The position numbers were made by a program, and so were the translations under genes. From positions 153,592,228-153,656,227 of the forward strand of contig JASCQW010000001.1 in the NCBI GenBank assembly GCA_030264375.1: a DNA stretch of 64,000 nucleotides. Direction: 5' to 3'. The DNA comes from Carcharhinus longimanus. Lineage: Eukaryota. The number at the start of each line of letters is the position of its first letter. Position 1 is the stretch's first letter. Shown here in pieces: positions 52,403-64,000 of this stretch. The notes beneath the pieces are model-generated. The model was not told where the DNA came from and did not search any database. It saw nothing but the letters and a program-made list of their open reading frames with translations.

Positions 52403-52723
52403 TGTGGGTATGCCGGCGTTGGACTGGCGTAAGCACAGCAAAAAGTCTGACAACACCAGGTTTTAGTCCAACCGATGAGGACGGTCTCAACAGGGATCTT
52501 GGGTTCATGTCGCACTATCTGTAACCCCCGTGACTTGCCTGGGTTTGCAAANNNNNNNNNNNNNNNNNNNNNNNNNNNNNNNNNNNNNNNNNNNNNNNNN
52601 NNNNNNNNNNNNNNNNNNNNNNNNNNNNNNNNNNNNNNNNNNNNNNNNNNNCCCGAAAGCTTGTGAGTCTATTATCAAATAAATCGGTTGGACTAAAACC
52701 TGGTGTTATCAGACTTTTTACTG
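52403..52723 (+). mobile_element. 5'-truncated Penelope-like element with inverted pLTR and TSD
   Basis: Encodes EDGLNRDLGFMSHYL* (52477-52524; GLN motif ending the PLE GIY-YIG domain); inverted terminal arms; TSD tgttttaacaaga at 52390-52402 and 52724-52736. Confidence 0.85.
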
Positions 52724-54424
52724 TGTTTTAACAAGACAAGAGAGAAAAATTGTAAAAAAAATCCTTTAATTTTCCAGTATTTACCCTCCTTTTCAGATGC
52801 TACCTCTTTGTTATACTATGTTTTGCACAGGCCCAGTTAGATACTTTGCACAAATAAGCATTGTGTGTTACCAATTTAAACAGCAAGTTTAATTGTGTGA
52901 CCGGCAATTCAAACCATGCTTCTATTTGGTATTGCTCGAGAACAATCGGAGATTAAATCATCAGCAATTTCATCTCTTATTAACACAGGGATTCTGAGCT
53001 GTGGCATCACTGATCAGTCAAGTAACTCAGAACTTAGAAGAAAGAGAATCAAACAGCCTCCTAGCCTATATGCCTCAGCTCTCAATCCAGCTGAGCCACA
53101 AGTTGAATGCGTAAACAATTTGCAGCTCAAGACCAAAGTGACTGTATAATTATGCCATATCATTAATATAAAAATATGATAATTCTTCTCTATAAAATAG
53201 GAATCATTTAGAATTACACACATTGGGTTAAATTTTCTCAGGATGTACAGCACACTGTGGAATTGCTAACTTTCAATAGTAATTGTCTTTCCGACGGCAA
53301 TTTATTGTTCAATCTTTTCATGTTATTTAGCGGCACTTAAAAGTTTTGAAGTTTTGCGTTGCGTTATATGTCCATACCTGTCTATCAATAAGAGTAGAGA
53401 AGGCGCAGTCATGTTTCTTAAAGAGGACGGGGCGGTTCAGAGTCCCTTTTGAGCAATCACCAAAAGCCAATAATTCCTCCTTTCACATTTCAGTCATTCT
53501 CCTGAGAGTTCTTAATAGAATATCACAGAATCTGGGACCATTGTTGTCTTGTTACATGTGAATTTATGAAATGAAGCTTAAAATCAAAATATTAAGCTTT
53601 GCGAAAATCAAGGTCAGTGCCTCGACAGCAGCCCAGGACAATACGAACATTAGAGAGGAGGCCTTAAAATTTATACAATATTTAAGGGAGTGGCCAACTA
53701 CAGTAAGAAGGCCTGCCCACTGAAACTCATTGCTAAATAAAAGCAAAGCTGTTCACAGGAGTCAGATTACAATCAGTGATCCTGCTTTTATCTAAAAGCT
53801 TTTCCCATTAACCTCAGTGGCAGGAAGAATGGAAGGCATCCTGTGTGATATTGTAGAGAAATTTAGATACACTGCAGGCCAAAAACAAAATCCTCCCAAA
53901 AACATGGGAATAAAAGTTAGGCAAGCTGATAACTGTCAAAATAAACTATGTCTGCTAATGGAGGAAGTTTTGTGATAAACTTCCTTCCTGATAATTCTCT
54001 TTTGTAACACTGCAGTCATACAGGTAGAAAGAGCAAAATTTCCCTTGATTGAAAAAAGACAGCAAGCATTTTTAACACTTCACATGCACAATGGTTCATT
54101 CACGAACAGTAGATTTCCAAGCATATCCTGAAAGCAGCTCTGAAGAAAATATGCTGAAAAACAGAGTTCTCTCTGCAGCTCCTCTGATTCTAGCTTTTTT
54201 GATTTGGTTTTAGATTCTAGGATTCGCAATTTTTAAAAAAAACTTTTAGCTACTTAGTACATTCTTCTCGTCACCTTTGCAAAAGTTGCCTCCATGTCAC
54301 AATATCTGCTATGAGGAAATAGAAAAAGCATGGGAAACAAGAGCTCCCTGTTGCATTTGTCATAGCAAAGTCTCGATCAGAGCTGATCTGTCAACAAATC
54401 AGCACCCTTTTTCTCACAAAAGAA

Positions 54425-54612
54425 ATGACAGCAGATGCTGGAATCTGAAACAAAAACAGAAAATGCTGGAAAATTTCAGCAGGTCTTACAGCAACTGTGA
54501 AGAGAGAATGGCTGTTATTTTACAACCTCACTCAGGCGAGGCTCAAAATCCCAAATGAAGCCAACAGAGAATTCCAGCCAACATTTTGAGTCAGGATGAC
54601 CCTTCATCAGAA
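54425..54612 (-). mobile_element. Penelope-like 3' fragment with hammerhead-like motif
   Basis: Minus strand gttCTGATGAagggtcatcctgactcAAAAtgtt...ccagcattttctgtttttgtttcagattccagcatctgc. Confidence 0.7.
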
Positions 54613-54624
54613 CAGTATAAGTCA

Positions 54625-54725
54625 TGTAGTGTAAATTGTTGTACCCTTGAAATTTAGCACTCTTGCATTTGCCCTGATGAGTGCAAGATAAAAAGCGTTG
54701 ACAGCATGTCTCTTTTTTCAGCAAC
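54625..54725. mobile_element. Second small repeat family with a hammerhead-like core (related copy at ~1330-1425, opposite strand)
   Basis: gccCTGATGAgtgcaagataaaaagcgttgac; flanks align with the reverse complement of 1330-1425. Confidence 0.6.
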
Positions 54726-55759
54726 ACAAGGTTGCAGGGTGATAGGACAGAAATNNNNNNNNNNNNNNNNNNNNNNNNNNNNNNNNNNNNNNNNNNNNNN
54801 NNNNNNNNNNNNNNNNNNNNNNNNNNNNNNNNNNNNNNNNNNNNNNNNNNNNNNAATGGACTGCTTCCAGGAATAGCAATGTAATGACATGACTACAAGA
54901 TTAAATGCAAGAAATTTAGTACAGAGAGCAAGAGCAAGTTCATTGGCAAGACATGTAAAGGTGCAAAATTTATTTCCAGGACTATTGTTGAAGGAAAACA
55001 ATGCCAACTCCCCCCAAAACAGCTTGACTGAAAACAGAATGAACTGGCATTTAAACAGCAGCATAATACATGCCCTCAAGAGTGCTGCACATGCCTATAT
55101 AATGTTTGAAGTTCAATCACAATTTTACACTACAAGAGCCAGGAGGGAGCAAAGAAACTGATCAATTTATCATTATTTTGCATTAGGAATTTTGGCTAAG
55201 ACAGCAGAAATACTTCCATCCCCACCTAGGGCGATGAAATCTTTTACTTCCCCAAGGATCGGCAGCCCAATTACTTTCTTTTACTGGTTTTTAATGGTGG
55301 AAGAGAAATGTGATTTTTGTTTAAAGATTATTTCAGGAACAGCTGCAAGTCCTTGAAAATCATTACTAAGGCAGCTAAATTAACTTTATAGTTAATATTT
55401 TGTGCTTTGTAAGTGCTTGTGCAGAACCATTGCAGCAGCTTAGGGAAGGAACCACGCAGATTTGTAAACTGTAACCAGAAGTAACGCTGATGGTGGAAAC
55501 ATAAAGAGTGGCAATTTCCTGAAGTGGAAACCAATGCACATGCACAGTGGTACAAGCAGTTGGTATAGATAGGACAATGTGACTGCCACAGGCTTGGAGG
55601 GCTGAAGGACCTGTTCCTGTGGTGTACTTTTCTTTGGTTGTGCTTTGAAATGATCTGTTTGAAATGATCCGCCAATCACTGGGATGTATCGTCTATATAT
55701 CTCGCATCACAATGGCACCAATTCATGTACCACATTACTCATTTGTGTCGTAGAAAAAA

Positions 55760-56920
55760 TGTCCTTTCGATGTGACAGCAGCATCCTGTCAATTGAAAAC
55801 CTGTCCTCCAGGGCTTGCCGCACCCCTAGCCAAGCTGTTCCAGTATAGCTATCTACCCAACAATGCGGAAAATTGCCCAGGCATGTCCTGTACACAAGAA
55901 TGGACAATCCAACCAGGCCAATTTCTGCCCTATCAGTTGGCTCTCCATCATCAGTAAAGTATTGAAAGAGGTCAAGAGTGCTATCAAATACCACTTGCTC
56001 AACAATTAATCTGCTCAAGGATGTGCTCAGTTTGGGTTGAGCCAAGGTCCTCAGCTCCTGACCTTATTACAGTCTTGATTCAAACATGGACAAAGGAGCT
56101 GAATGCCAGAAGTGACGTGAGAGCAATTATCCTTGACACAAAAGTAGCATTTGACCGAGTATGGCATCAAGGAGTCTTAGCAAAACATGGGATTGGAAGA
56201 AAACCCTCTGCTGGTTGGAGTCATACCTTCCACCAAGGAAAATGGTTCCGGTGGTTGGTCAATTAGCTCGGCTCCAGGACATCACTGCAGGGGTTTCTCA
56301 GGGTAGTGTTTCATCAAGACCTTCCTTCCATCATAAGGTCAGAAGAGGGGATGTTCACTGATGACTGCACAATGTTCAATAACATTCGCAACTCCTCAGA
56401 AGCAGTCCATGGCCAAATGCAGCAAGTCCTACACAATATCCAAGTCTGGACTGACAAAGGCTCAAGTAAGGAGTGTAATGGAACATTCTCCACTTGCCTG
56501 CATGAGTACAGCTTCATCAACTCTCAAGAAGCTCAACAGCATCCAGGACAAAGCAGCCCACTTGATTGCTATCCCTTCCAAACATTCAATCCCTCAATAC
56601 ATGATGAACAGTACCATCCACAAGATGCACTGCAAGAACTCACCAAGGTTCCTTTGGCAGCAATCTCCAAACCCATAACCACCACCATCTAGAAGGGCAA
56701 GAGCAGCAGATATCTGCCAACACCACCACCTGGAGGTTCCCCAAGTCACTCACCATCCTGACTTGAAAGTATATCACTGTTCCTTCACTAGCTGGATCAA
56801 AATCCTAGAATTCTCTCCCTAATACTGTGGATGTACCTACACCTCAAGGAGTGCAGCAGTTCAAGAAGGCAGCTCAACATCACCTTGTCAAAGTTAATAA
56901 GGATAGGCAATAAACGCTGA
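55760..56920 (+). mobile_element. Degenerate CR1/L2-group LINE RT plus 3' end
   Basis: SAPDLITVLIQTWTKELN...ILDTKVAFDRVWHQG; GVSQGSV; MFTDDCT (FADD-like). Confidence 0.8.
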
Positions 56921-57249
56921 GAAAGAAAACTGAACACAACTATGCAAGTTGCTGTGTTTGTAAGTTCAATGAATACAGATTCAGACAATGGCAGTACGTT
57001 TAGATTGGCATGTTACTCGCTTCCTTAAGCAGAACATTAGTGAATAGGCTAGCAATGTCAAATGAGCACACAGACACAGTTGCGCTATCAAGTTAAGTGT
57101 GGTCTTTTTCCCTGAGTAGGTGGAAAACTCTTATAACAGGCTATAGTAACTTGCTGAACCATTTGATCAATCCATGTTGCGCAGAACCAGTCATAGATAG
57201 GATAGGACATAAAGGGGTGTGTCTGTCTGTCTGTCTGCTGGGCAGCCCA

Positions 57250-57374
57250 TACATAGTAAAAAGTTTGACAACACCAGGCTTCAGTCCAACTGATTTATTT
57301 GATAGTAAATTCACTAGCTTTCGGGTTAGCCCCTTCACCTGACAAAGGGGCTAACCCGAAAGCTAGTGAATTTA
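57250..57374. mobile_element. Penelope-like fold-back with perfect 30-bp hairpin, adjacent to a gap
   Basis: 57306-57335 is the exact reverse complement of 57345-57374; the arm gacaacaccaggcttcagtccaac is shared with the other PLE copies. Confidence 0.85.
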
Positions 57375-57799
57375 NNNNNNNNNNNNNNNNNNNNNNNNNN
57401 NNNNNNNNNNNNNNNNNNNNNNNNNNNNNNNNNNNNNNNNNNNNNNNNNNNNNNNNNNNNNNNNNNNNNNNNNNNNNNNNNNNNNNNNNNNNNNNNNNNN
57501 NNNNNNNNNNNNNNNNNNNNNNNNNNNNNNNNNNNNNNNNNNNNNNNNNNNNNNNNNNNNNNNNNNNNNNNNNNNNNNNNNNNNNNNNNNNNNNNNNNNN
57601 NNNNNNNNNNNNNNNNNNNNNNNNNNNNNNNNNNNNNNNNNNNNNNNNNNNNNNNNNNNNNNNNNNNNNNNNNNNNNNNNNNNNNNNNNNNNNNNNNNNN
57701 NNNNNNNNNNNNNNNNNNNNNNNNNNNNNNNNNNNNNNNNNNNNNNNNNNNNNNNNNNNNNNNNNNNNNNNNNNNNNNNNNNNNNNNNNNNNNNNNGTT

Positions 57800-59410
57800 C
57801 TATGTTCTATAAACGATGCTCGAAAGGTATACTGCTTCCTTTGTCAGGGATGTCTCAGAGTGGCTGCAGAGCATTCTGAAGTGGAAGGGTGAAAAGAGTG
57901 TGATTGTGGTCCATGTCGGTAACGAGTAGAAAAAAGGATGGATCTTGCAACAGGAATTTAGGTAGTAGTTTAAAAAAGGGTGTATTCTCGAGGTTACTTT
58001 CAGTGCCACATGTGACTGAGTATAGGAATAGGAAGACAAGGTCAGATGAATGTGGGGCTAAAGGGATGTTATAGGAGGGACGGCTTTAGATTTCTGGATA
58101 GGTGGGACCTGTACAAGCTGGATAGGTTTCACCTCAACCGGAACATATCCAATATCCTTGCTGGGAGGTCTGCTCGTGCTGTAAGGGAAGTGTTAAACAA
58201 ATCTGACAGGGGGATGAAACAGTGTATGTGTACAGCTAAGAGCGAGGTTCAGTCCGATTTAGAAGGAAAACTAGGTCAGTCCGACAGGCAGAGAAGACAT
58301 GGGCACAGTAAGGCACATGGGAGGGTTGGAAGGCTTAGAAGGCTAAATTGTATCTATTTTAATGCAAAGAGCCTGTCTGGTAAGACAGATGAACTTAAAG
58401 TGTTAATCTGCATGTGGAAATATGATATTGTTGCAATCACTGAGACATGGCTGAAAGAAGGGCAGGATTGGCAACTCAACATTTCAGGGTATAGAAGTTT
58501 CCAGAATGGTGGGGAGCGGAATCTAATAGAAAAGGGGCATTGCATTATTGATAAAAGAGACCATCAATGCAGTAATGAGGAAGGATGTCTTAGATGGCTC
58601 TTTAAATGAGGCCATATGGGTGGAGACTAGAAATAAAAAAGGGCAATCACTTTGCTGGGATTATACGAGAGACCTCCCAACAGTCACAGGGAGATAGAGT
58701 AGTAGATATGTAGGCAAATTACAGAGAGGTGCGGGAGGAATAGGGTCATAGTAGTTGGGGATTTCACTTTTGCCAATATTAGTTGGAATTGCCTTAGTGT
58801 GAAAAGATTAGATGGGACAGAATGCATTAGTCAGGGCATTTACTATAGGAGGAGGGAGGTCTTGGTACAACTTTATAAAACATTGGGTAGGCCACAGACG
58901 GAATACTGGGTGCAGTTCTGGTTGCTGCACTGTCAGAAAGATGTGATTGCACTGGACAGAGTGCAGATGAGATTCACAAGGATGTTGCCTCAGGTGGAAA
59001 GGTTCAGCTATGAAGAAAGACTGTTTGTTTTCCTTGGAGCAGAGGAGGCTGGGGGGAGGATCTGATAGAGGTATCCAAAATTATGAGAGGCATAGATAGA
59101 GTAGACCGTAAGAATCTTTTCCCCATAGCAGAGGAAATAGGTTTAAGCTAAGTAAATGGTTTAGAGGAGTTTGGAAGAAACCTTTTTTCACCCTGAGGGT
59201 TGTGGAAATATGGAATGTGCTGTCCAAGAGGGGATAGAGGCAGGTACCCTTGCAACACTTAAGAAGCATCTGGATGAGCATTTAAATCACCAAGGCATAG
59301 TAGGCTACGGTCCAAGTGCTGGTAAATGAGATTATTAGATTGATATTTGATGGTTGGCATAGATATGGTGGGCCAAAGGACCTGTTCCTGTGCTGTATGA
59401 CTCTATCTTA
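57800..59410 (+). mobile_element. Internally deleted CR1: ORF1 end, ORF2 endonuclease, then directly the 3' end
   Basis: LNCIYFNAKSL..KTDELKVLI..KYDIVAITETWLKEGQDWQLNISGY (APE); junction near 58825 to LVQLYKTLGRPQTEYWVQFW; CR1 3'UTR tail. Confidence 0.85.
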
Positions 59411-60829
59411 TATGTCTGGGTTTTCCTTGAGGCAAAAATTGGCCAAGTTGTTGGGTTTCCTGCAACGTGTGCTTGATCAAATTAGGCACATTTTCAAGGG
59501 CTCAGCATCTTCAGCTGGTCTATGGAAGGATAGCTGGGAATATAAGGCTTTGGAATAAGCAAATATCTCTTCCTATTTAATGCAGGATAAAGGCACACCA
59601 AAAGTGAAGCCATCCATGAGGACAAAGTCCTCACTTTCAGAGGAACACATGGTCAGAGAGATTTACTGTGTGTTTGGTGGCATCAATAATTCTGCTGCCA
59701 AACTGCTTCAGCTAAAAGCAGTTTACAATGTGGACAAGTTTCGAGTGGGTATTGTTTATGGTGTGGTTATCTATTGAGGTAATATAGCAGCACAAAGGAA
59801 TCAAAGCAAAAAAAAAACAAAATTTGCATATTTCTGACCAAGTGCAATGTAAGGTACAGCATAAATTAGTAATACATCTGCCAATCTGTTCAATCCTATC
59901 CTGCATAAACTGTCACTTGATTATAGCCCTACAGAGAAGGACACAGCCTTGAACGCAAGATGAAAAAATGATAGCATGACTTTTGTCAGCAATACTCAAT
60001 GCATTCAAAATAGTGCAGAGTCCATTTATCATGAAATCAATTGGCCTTGGATTCTTAATCAGATTGGAAAAAAAATACTGGAAACAGCAAGGCTCATATT
60101 GGGAGTTGACCTTTAATTTTTTTTTGGGAGTGTAGTGTTGTACAAATCTCTGAATGTTACTACTTTTTTCAATTCTCTAAATTCCATTTTAGAAATACAG
60201 ACTGAGTATACACAGTGTGATGACATTAAATTGCAGCTTTATCCATTTGTCCTCCTGATGCTGACATTATCTCTATTTAGCCTCAAACTGGCTCTGTGCA
60301 CTTAATGGATTTGGTGGCTGCTCAAGAGACTTGTAAAGAAAAATGAGTTCTCACAGTCATTGGAAAATCAGCTACAGGATTCCAAACGTGGGTAAGGCAG
60401 GAAAAAGGGTACCTTTAATCACCGATTGCAGTCTTATTACATAGAAGTCATAATCAAGTAAGTTTCACCTTAATAAAGAATGTAAATTGATATCAGGCTA
60501 ATACAAGTGAGATTGCTGGGATCAAGATAAAATATTTTTGCCCTCCAGTCCTTTAAATGGAGAAGCAATGCTCACAATACTCTAGGGCTAATGAACAATC
60601 TTTACATTGTTAACCTTAAACCAAGCTGAACATTTCCATGAGTTGCAGGAACTAGTAAAGCTAGTAATAAATATCTATTTGTAAATGCAGTATTATCTAC
60701 CATTTTGTGTTGTAACCTTCAGGCACAATTTGATGCTCAAACAAACCAAACCACCAATTGTCTTAATGCCTAAAAATGTCGAGTACAATTCAAATATTCA
60801 ATATACACAATATTAGGTCAGAATACTAG

Positions 60830-61640
60830 CTGTGCGGAAGGTACAAAGGCTGCAAAAAAAGATATGGACAGGTTAGGTGAGTAGGTAACAAGGTGGCAGA
60901 TGAAGCATAATGTGGGGAAATGGAAGGTTATTCACTTTGAAGAAAGAACAGTAAAGCAGATTTAAAAAAATACATGAAGCTTTTAAATATTGATGACAGA
61001 GACTTGGATGAGTTCATACGGCGAAAACATTCAGATACAGTAATTAAGACAAATGGCATGCTGACCTTGATTGGAAGGGAACTGGGTACAATAAGGAAGC
61101 ATTGCTGCAGTTGTACAAAGTTTTGGTGAGATTACAGGAGCACTATGCCCTTTTGGTTTCCATATTTAAGGAAGGATACACTTTGATTGGGGGTAGAATG
61201 GCAAAGGTTTATTCGATTAGTTCCTGGGACGAGAGGGTTGTCTCATGATAAGAGGCTGAGTAAAAAGGCCCATAGTCTCAGGAGTTAAGAATGTGGAGTG
61301 ATCTTATTGAAATATACAAAATTCTAGAGGCTCTACAGGGTAGACTTCAGGGTACTGTTTCCGCTAGCTGGAGAATTTAGAAAATGGGCACAGTCTCAGG
61401 ATAAGGGATCGATCATTCAGGACCAAGATGAGGAGAAATTTCTTCGCTCATGAGGGCTGTGAATCTTTGGAATTCTCTCCACCACTGGATTACGGATGCT
61501 CCATTGTCGCATATATTTGAGGTCTAGACAGAGAGATTTTTGGTGCCTCAGGAGATATGTGGAACAGACAGGAAATGGCAGCTGAGGAACAAGTTCAGCC
61601 AAGGGGCTGTATGGTCAGCTTTAGCTCCGATTTCTTATTT
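60830..61640 (+). mobile_element. Degenerate CR1 3' fragment
   Basis: Remnants of LQxDxDRLxEW..WQM.FN..K and the 3'UTR. Confidence 0.7.
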
Positions 61641-62329
61641 TATATTTGAATACTTCATATTCAAAACTGGCAGGTCTTCTCCATTTCTAAAGTTAAACTG
61701 TGTTGGTATGTAAAAAAAAAGTAATAAAATTAGCAGCAACAGTTGAAATAATTGCATTTCAGGATGCAGAATAACATTAGAACTGACTTTGCAAACTTTG
61801 TACAAAGTGGTTTTACTTTTGCCATTTTAGCCACTTAGGGTAGGGAAGGTGGAAAATTGAGGACAAAATGAAAGTGATTTTTAAACAATAAAAATTCCAG
61901 GTGCAGCTAAATTTTCAACCATACAGCACAGATTTTACCCATAATTTCTTCAGCAAGTTCCTGAACACAGTGGTGCAGTCAAAGGAAAGTACAGAAAGGA
62001 GGTCCTGCAGTTAAAGGCGGCACAATCAGCAAGTCTCCTGGAGGTCTTCTGCACCCTCTCCTGGCTGGTCTGAGTGTATTTTTTTTTTTAAATGCAGGGG
62101 TAAACCTCCTTTCCTAAACTAAAGGGATTTATTTCCCAGTGTGTTGTGAAACACATTCGTATTAAATTACCTTCTGCATTATTCTTAAGCTACCGAGCCG
62201 TTTAAAACAAACTACTTAACAACATGTCAAAACGATATGTGATCATGGATAAAGGTAGAGTAACTCTTAATCATGTCAATATTCGCTAGCTTTGTTTCAT
62301 TTATCCACTGCTTGTGGGTACCTGCGGCT

Positions 62330-63890
62330 AAAGGTGACATTTATTGCCCATACTGCATTGTATAGAAGTCAGCAATGAGCTTAATTCTTGAATTATTGCA
62401 AACTTGTTAACGATGGTATTTCCATGGTAGTATCGGGTAGGGAATTCTAAACCAGTGACAACCATGGAATGAAATTATAAGTCCAAGTCAGGATGTTGTG
62501 CAACTTGGAAGTGATAGGTGCTCCCACACAGTGCTCCTAATTTTTGTTTTAAGTGGTTCATTAGGATCTGGGCATTACTGGCAAGACAATATTTATTGCT
62601 CATTCCTAAATGTCCTTGAGAAGGCAGTGCTGAACTGCCTTCTCAAACAGCTGCTGTCCATATGGTGAAGATGCTCCCACAATGTTATTAGGAAAGGAGA
62701 TCCAGGATTTTGATCCAGCAGCAGAGGAAGAAAATATATATTTACTCATCAGAATGATGTTCAGCTTGGAAGTTGCAGATGGTGGTATGCCCATGCACCT
62801 GCGGCGTTGTCTTTCCAAAGACCAAGTGTTTAGGGGGTATTGTTGAAAAAATCTTGGTGAATTGCTGCATTGTATCTTGTAGATGCATGGTGCATATGGT
62901 TAAGGGAATGAATGTTTAAAGTGGGGGATAGGATGCCAATCAATTTCTGGATGGTGTTGAGCTTCTTGAATGTTGATGGAATTGCACTTATCCAGGCACA
63001 AGGAGGGCATTCCATCTAAAGCTAATAATCTTGGACTTATAACTTCATTCCATGATTGTCACTGGTTTAGAATTCCCTATCTGACGCTATCATGGAAATG
63101 TCAACAACTGCAACTGATGTTAAGGGTTATGGGGAGAAAGCGGGAGAGTGGAACTGATCCACTGCAGATCAGCCATGATCTTATTGAATGGCGGGGCAGG
63201 CTCGAAGGGCTAGATGGCCTACTCCTGCTCCTATTTCTTATGTTCTTATGCAACAATTTTCTGCCAGAAATGCAGGGTGGATGATCAAACTCAACCTCTC
63301 CCTAAGTCTCCAGCATTGCTGATGCCAGCCTTTAGCCAATACGATTCACTCTTCCTGATATCAAGAAACAGCTGAAGGCACCAGATATTGCAAAGGTTAC
63401 GGGTCTTAACAATATTGTGGCAATAGTACCAAAGACTTGTGCTCCTAGCCAAACTGCTCCAGTACAACTACAAGACAGGCATCTACCCGGCAATATGGAA
63501 AATTGCTGATGTTATGTCCTGTCTACAAAAAGCAGGACAAATCCAATCCAAATAATACCCCATAAGTCTACTGTTGATCAACAGTGCTATCAAGCACCAC
63601 TTGCACAGCAATAACCTGCTCACTGACATTCAGTTTAGGTTCTGCCAGGGCCACCCAGCTCCTGACGCCATTATACCCTTGGTCCAAACATGAGCAAAAG
63701 AGCTGAACTCCAGAGTTGAGGCAAGAGTGACTGCCCTTGACATCAAAGCTGCATTTAACTGAGTGTGACATCGAGGAACCAGCTAAACTGGAGTCATTGG
63801 GAATCAGAGAGAAAACTCTCCAAAGGTCGGAGTCATACACAGCACAAAGAAAGGTAGTTGTGATTGTTGTAGGTCAATCATCTCAGCCCA
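62330..63890. mobile_element. CR1/L2-group LINE fragments in both orientations, with a nested CR1 3' end (63125-63250)
   Basis: Same family as 55760-56920: minus-strand 3' ends at 62330-63020, plus-strand RT remnant at 63290-63890. Confidence 0.7.
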
Positions 63891-64000
63891 TTATCTTTTA
63901 CAGCAGTCATAGTTTTCCTAAGCAGTTCCTGGTGCCCAATTTAGTTTAGGTGAAAGGTTAGTTTGAAGAAGTTGTTTACATCTTATTTGACTTTGATGAA

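Noticed and set aside
58046-58609. 187-aa ORF as a host gene
   Set aside because: It is the CR1 ORF1 tail read into the ORF2 endonuclease of an internally deleted, frameshifted element
48706-64000. Search for the large N-terminal TBC1D14 exon and a CpG-island promoter
   Set aside because: No suitable long ORF or CpG island seen; they probably lie outside the window or in a gap

Overview
AT-rich vertebrate genomic DNA with N-gaps. The repeat content (HE1/V-SINE-type tRNA SINEs, CR1 LINEs, Penelope-like elements) indicates a cartilaginous fish (shark/ray). The window holds the 3' part of one protein-coding gene on the minus strand, TBC1D14 (Rab-GAP/TBC domain). I traced 12 coding exons by hand (48103 down to the stop at 8609). 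All have GT-AG splice sites and consistent phases, giving about 453 C-terminal residues with intact IxxDxxR and YxQ motifs, followed by a probable ~3.9 kb 3'UTR. The N-terminal exon(s) were not found and probably lie beyond 64000. Introns are filled with decayed CR1, L2-like, RTE, hAT/Buster, SINE and Penelope-like fragments. Two things deserve a second look. (1) Several families of Penelope-like elements carry minimal type I hammerhead ribozyme motifs, mostly with mutated cores, inside fold-back structures. (2) A cluster of unannotated exon-like segments in the 31464-47979 intron could give a short M-EYEE isoform and/or a Cys-rich spliced small ORF or alternative N-terminus. I found no convincing evidence of a wholly new biological system. 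Most ORFs in the supplied track are spurious or repeat-derived.
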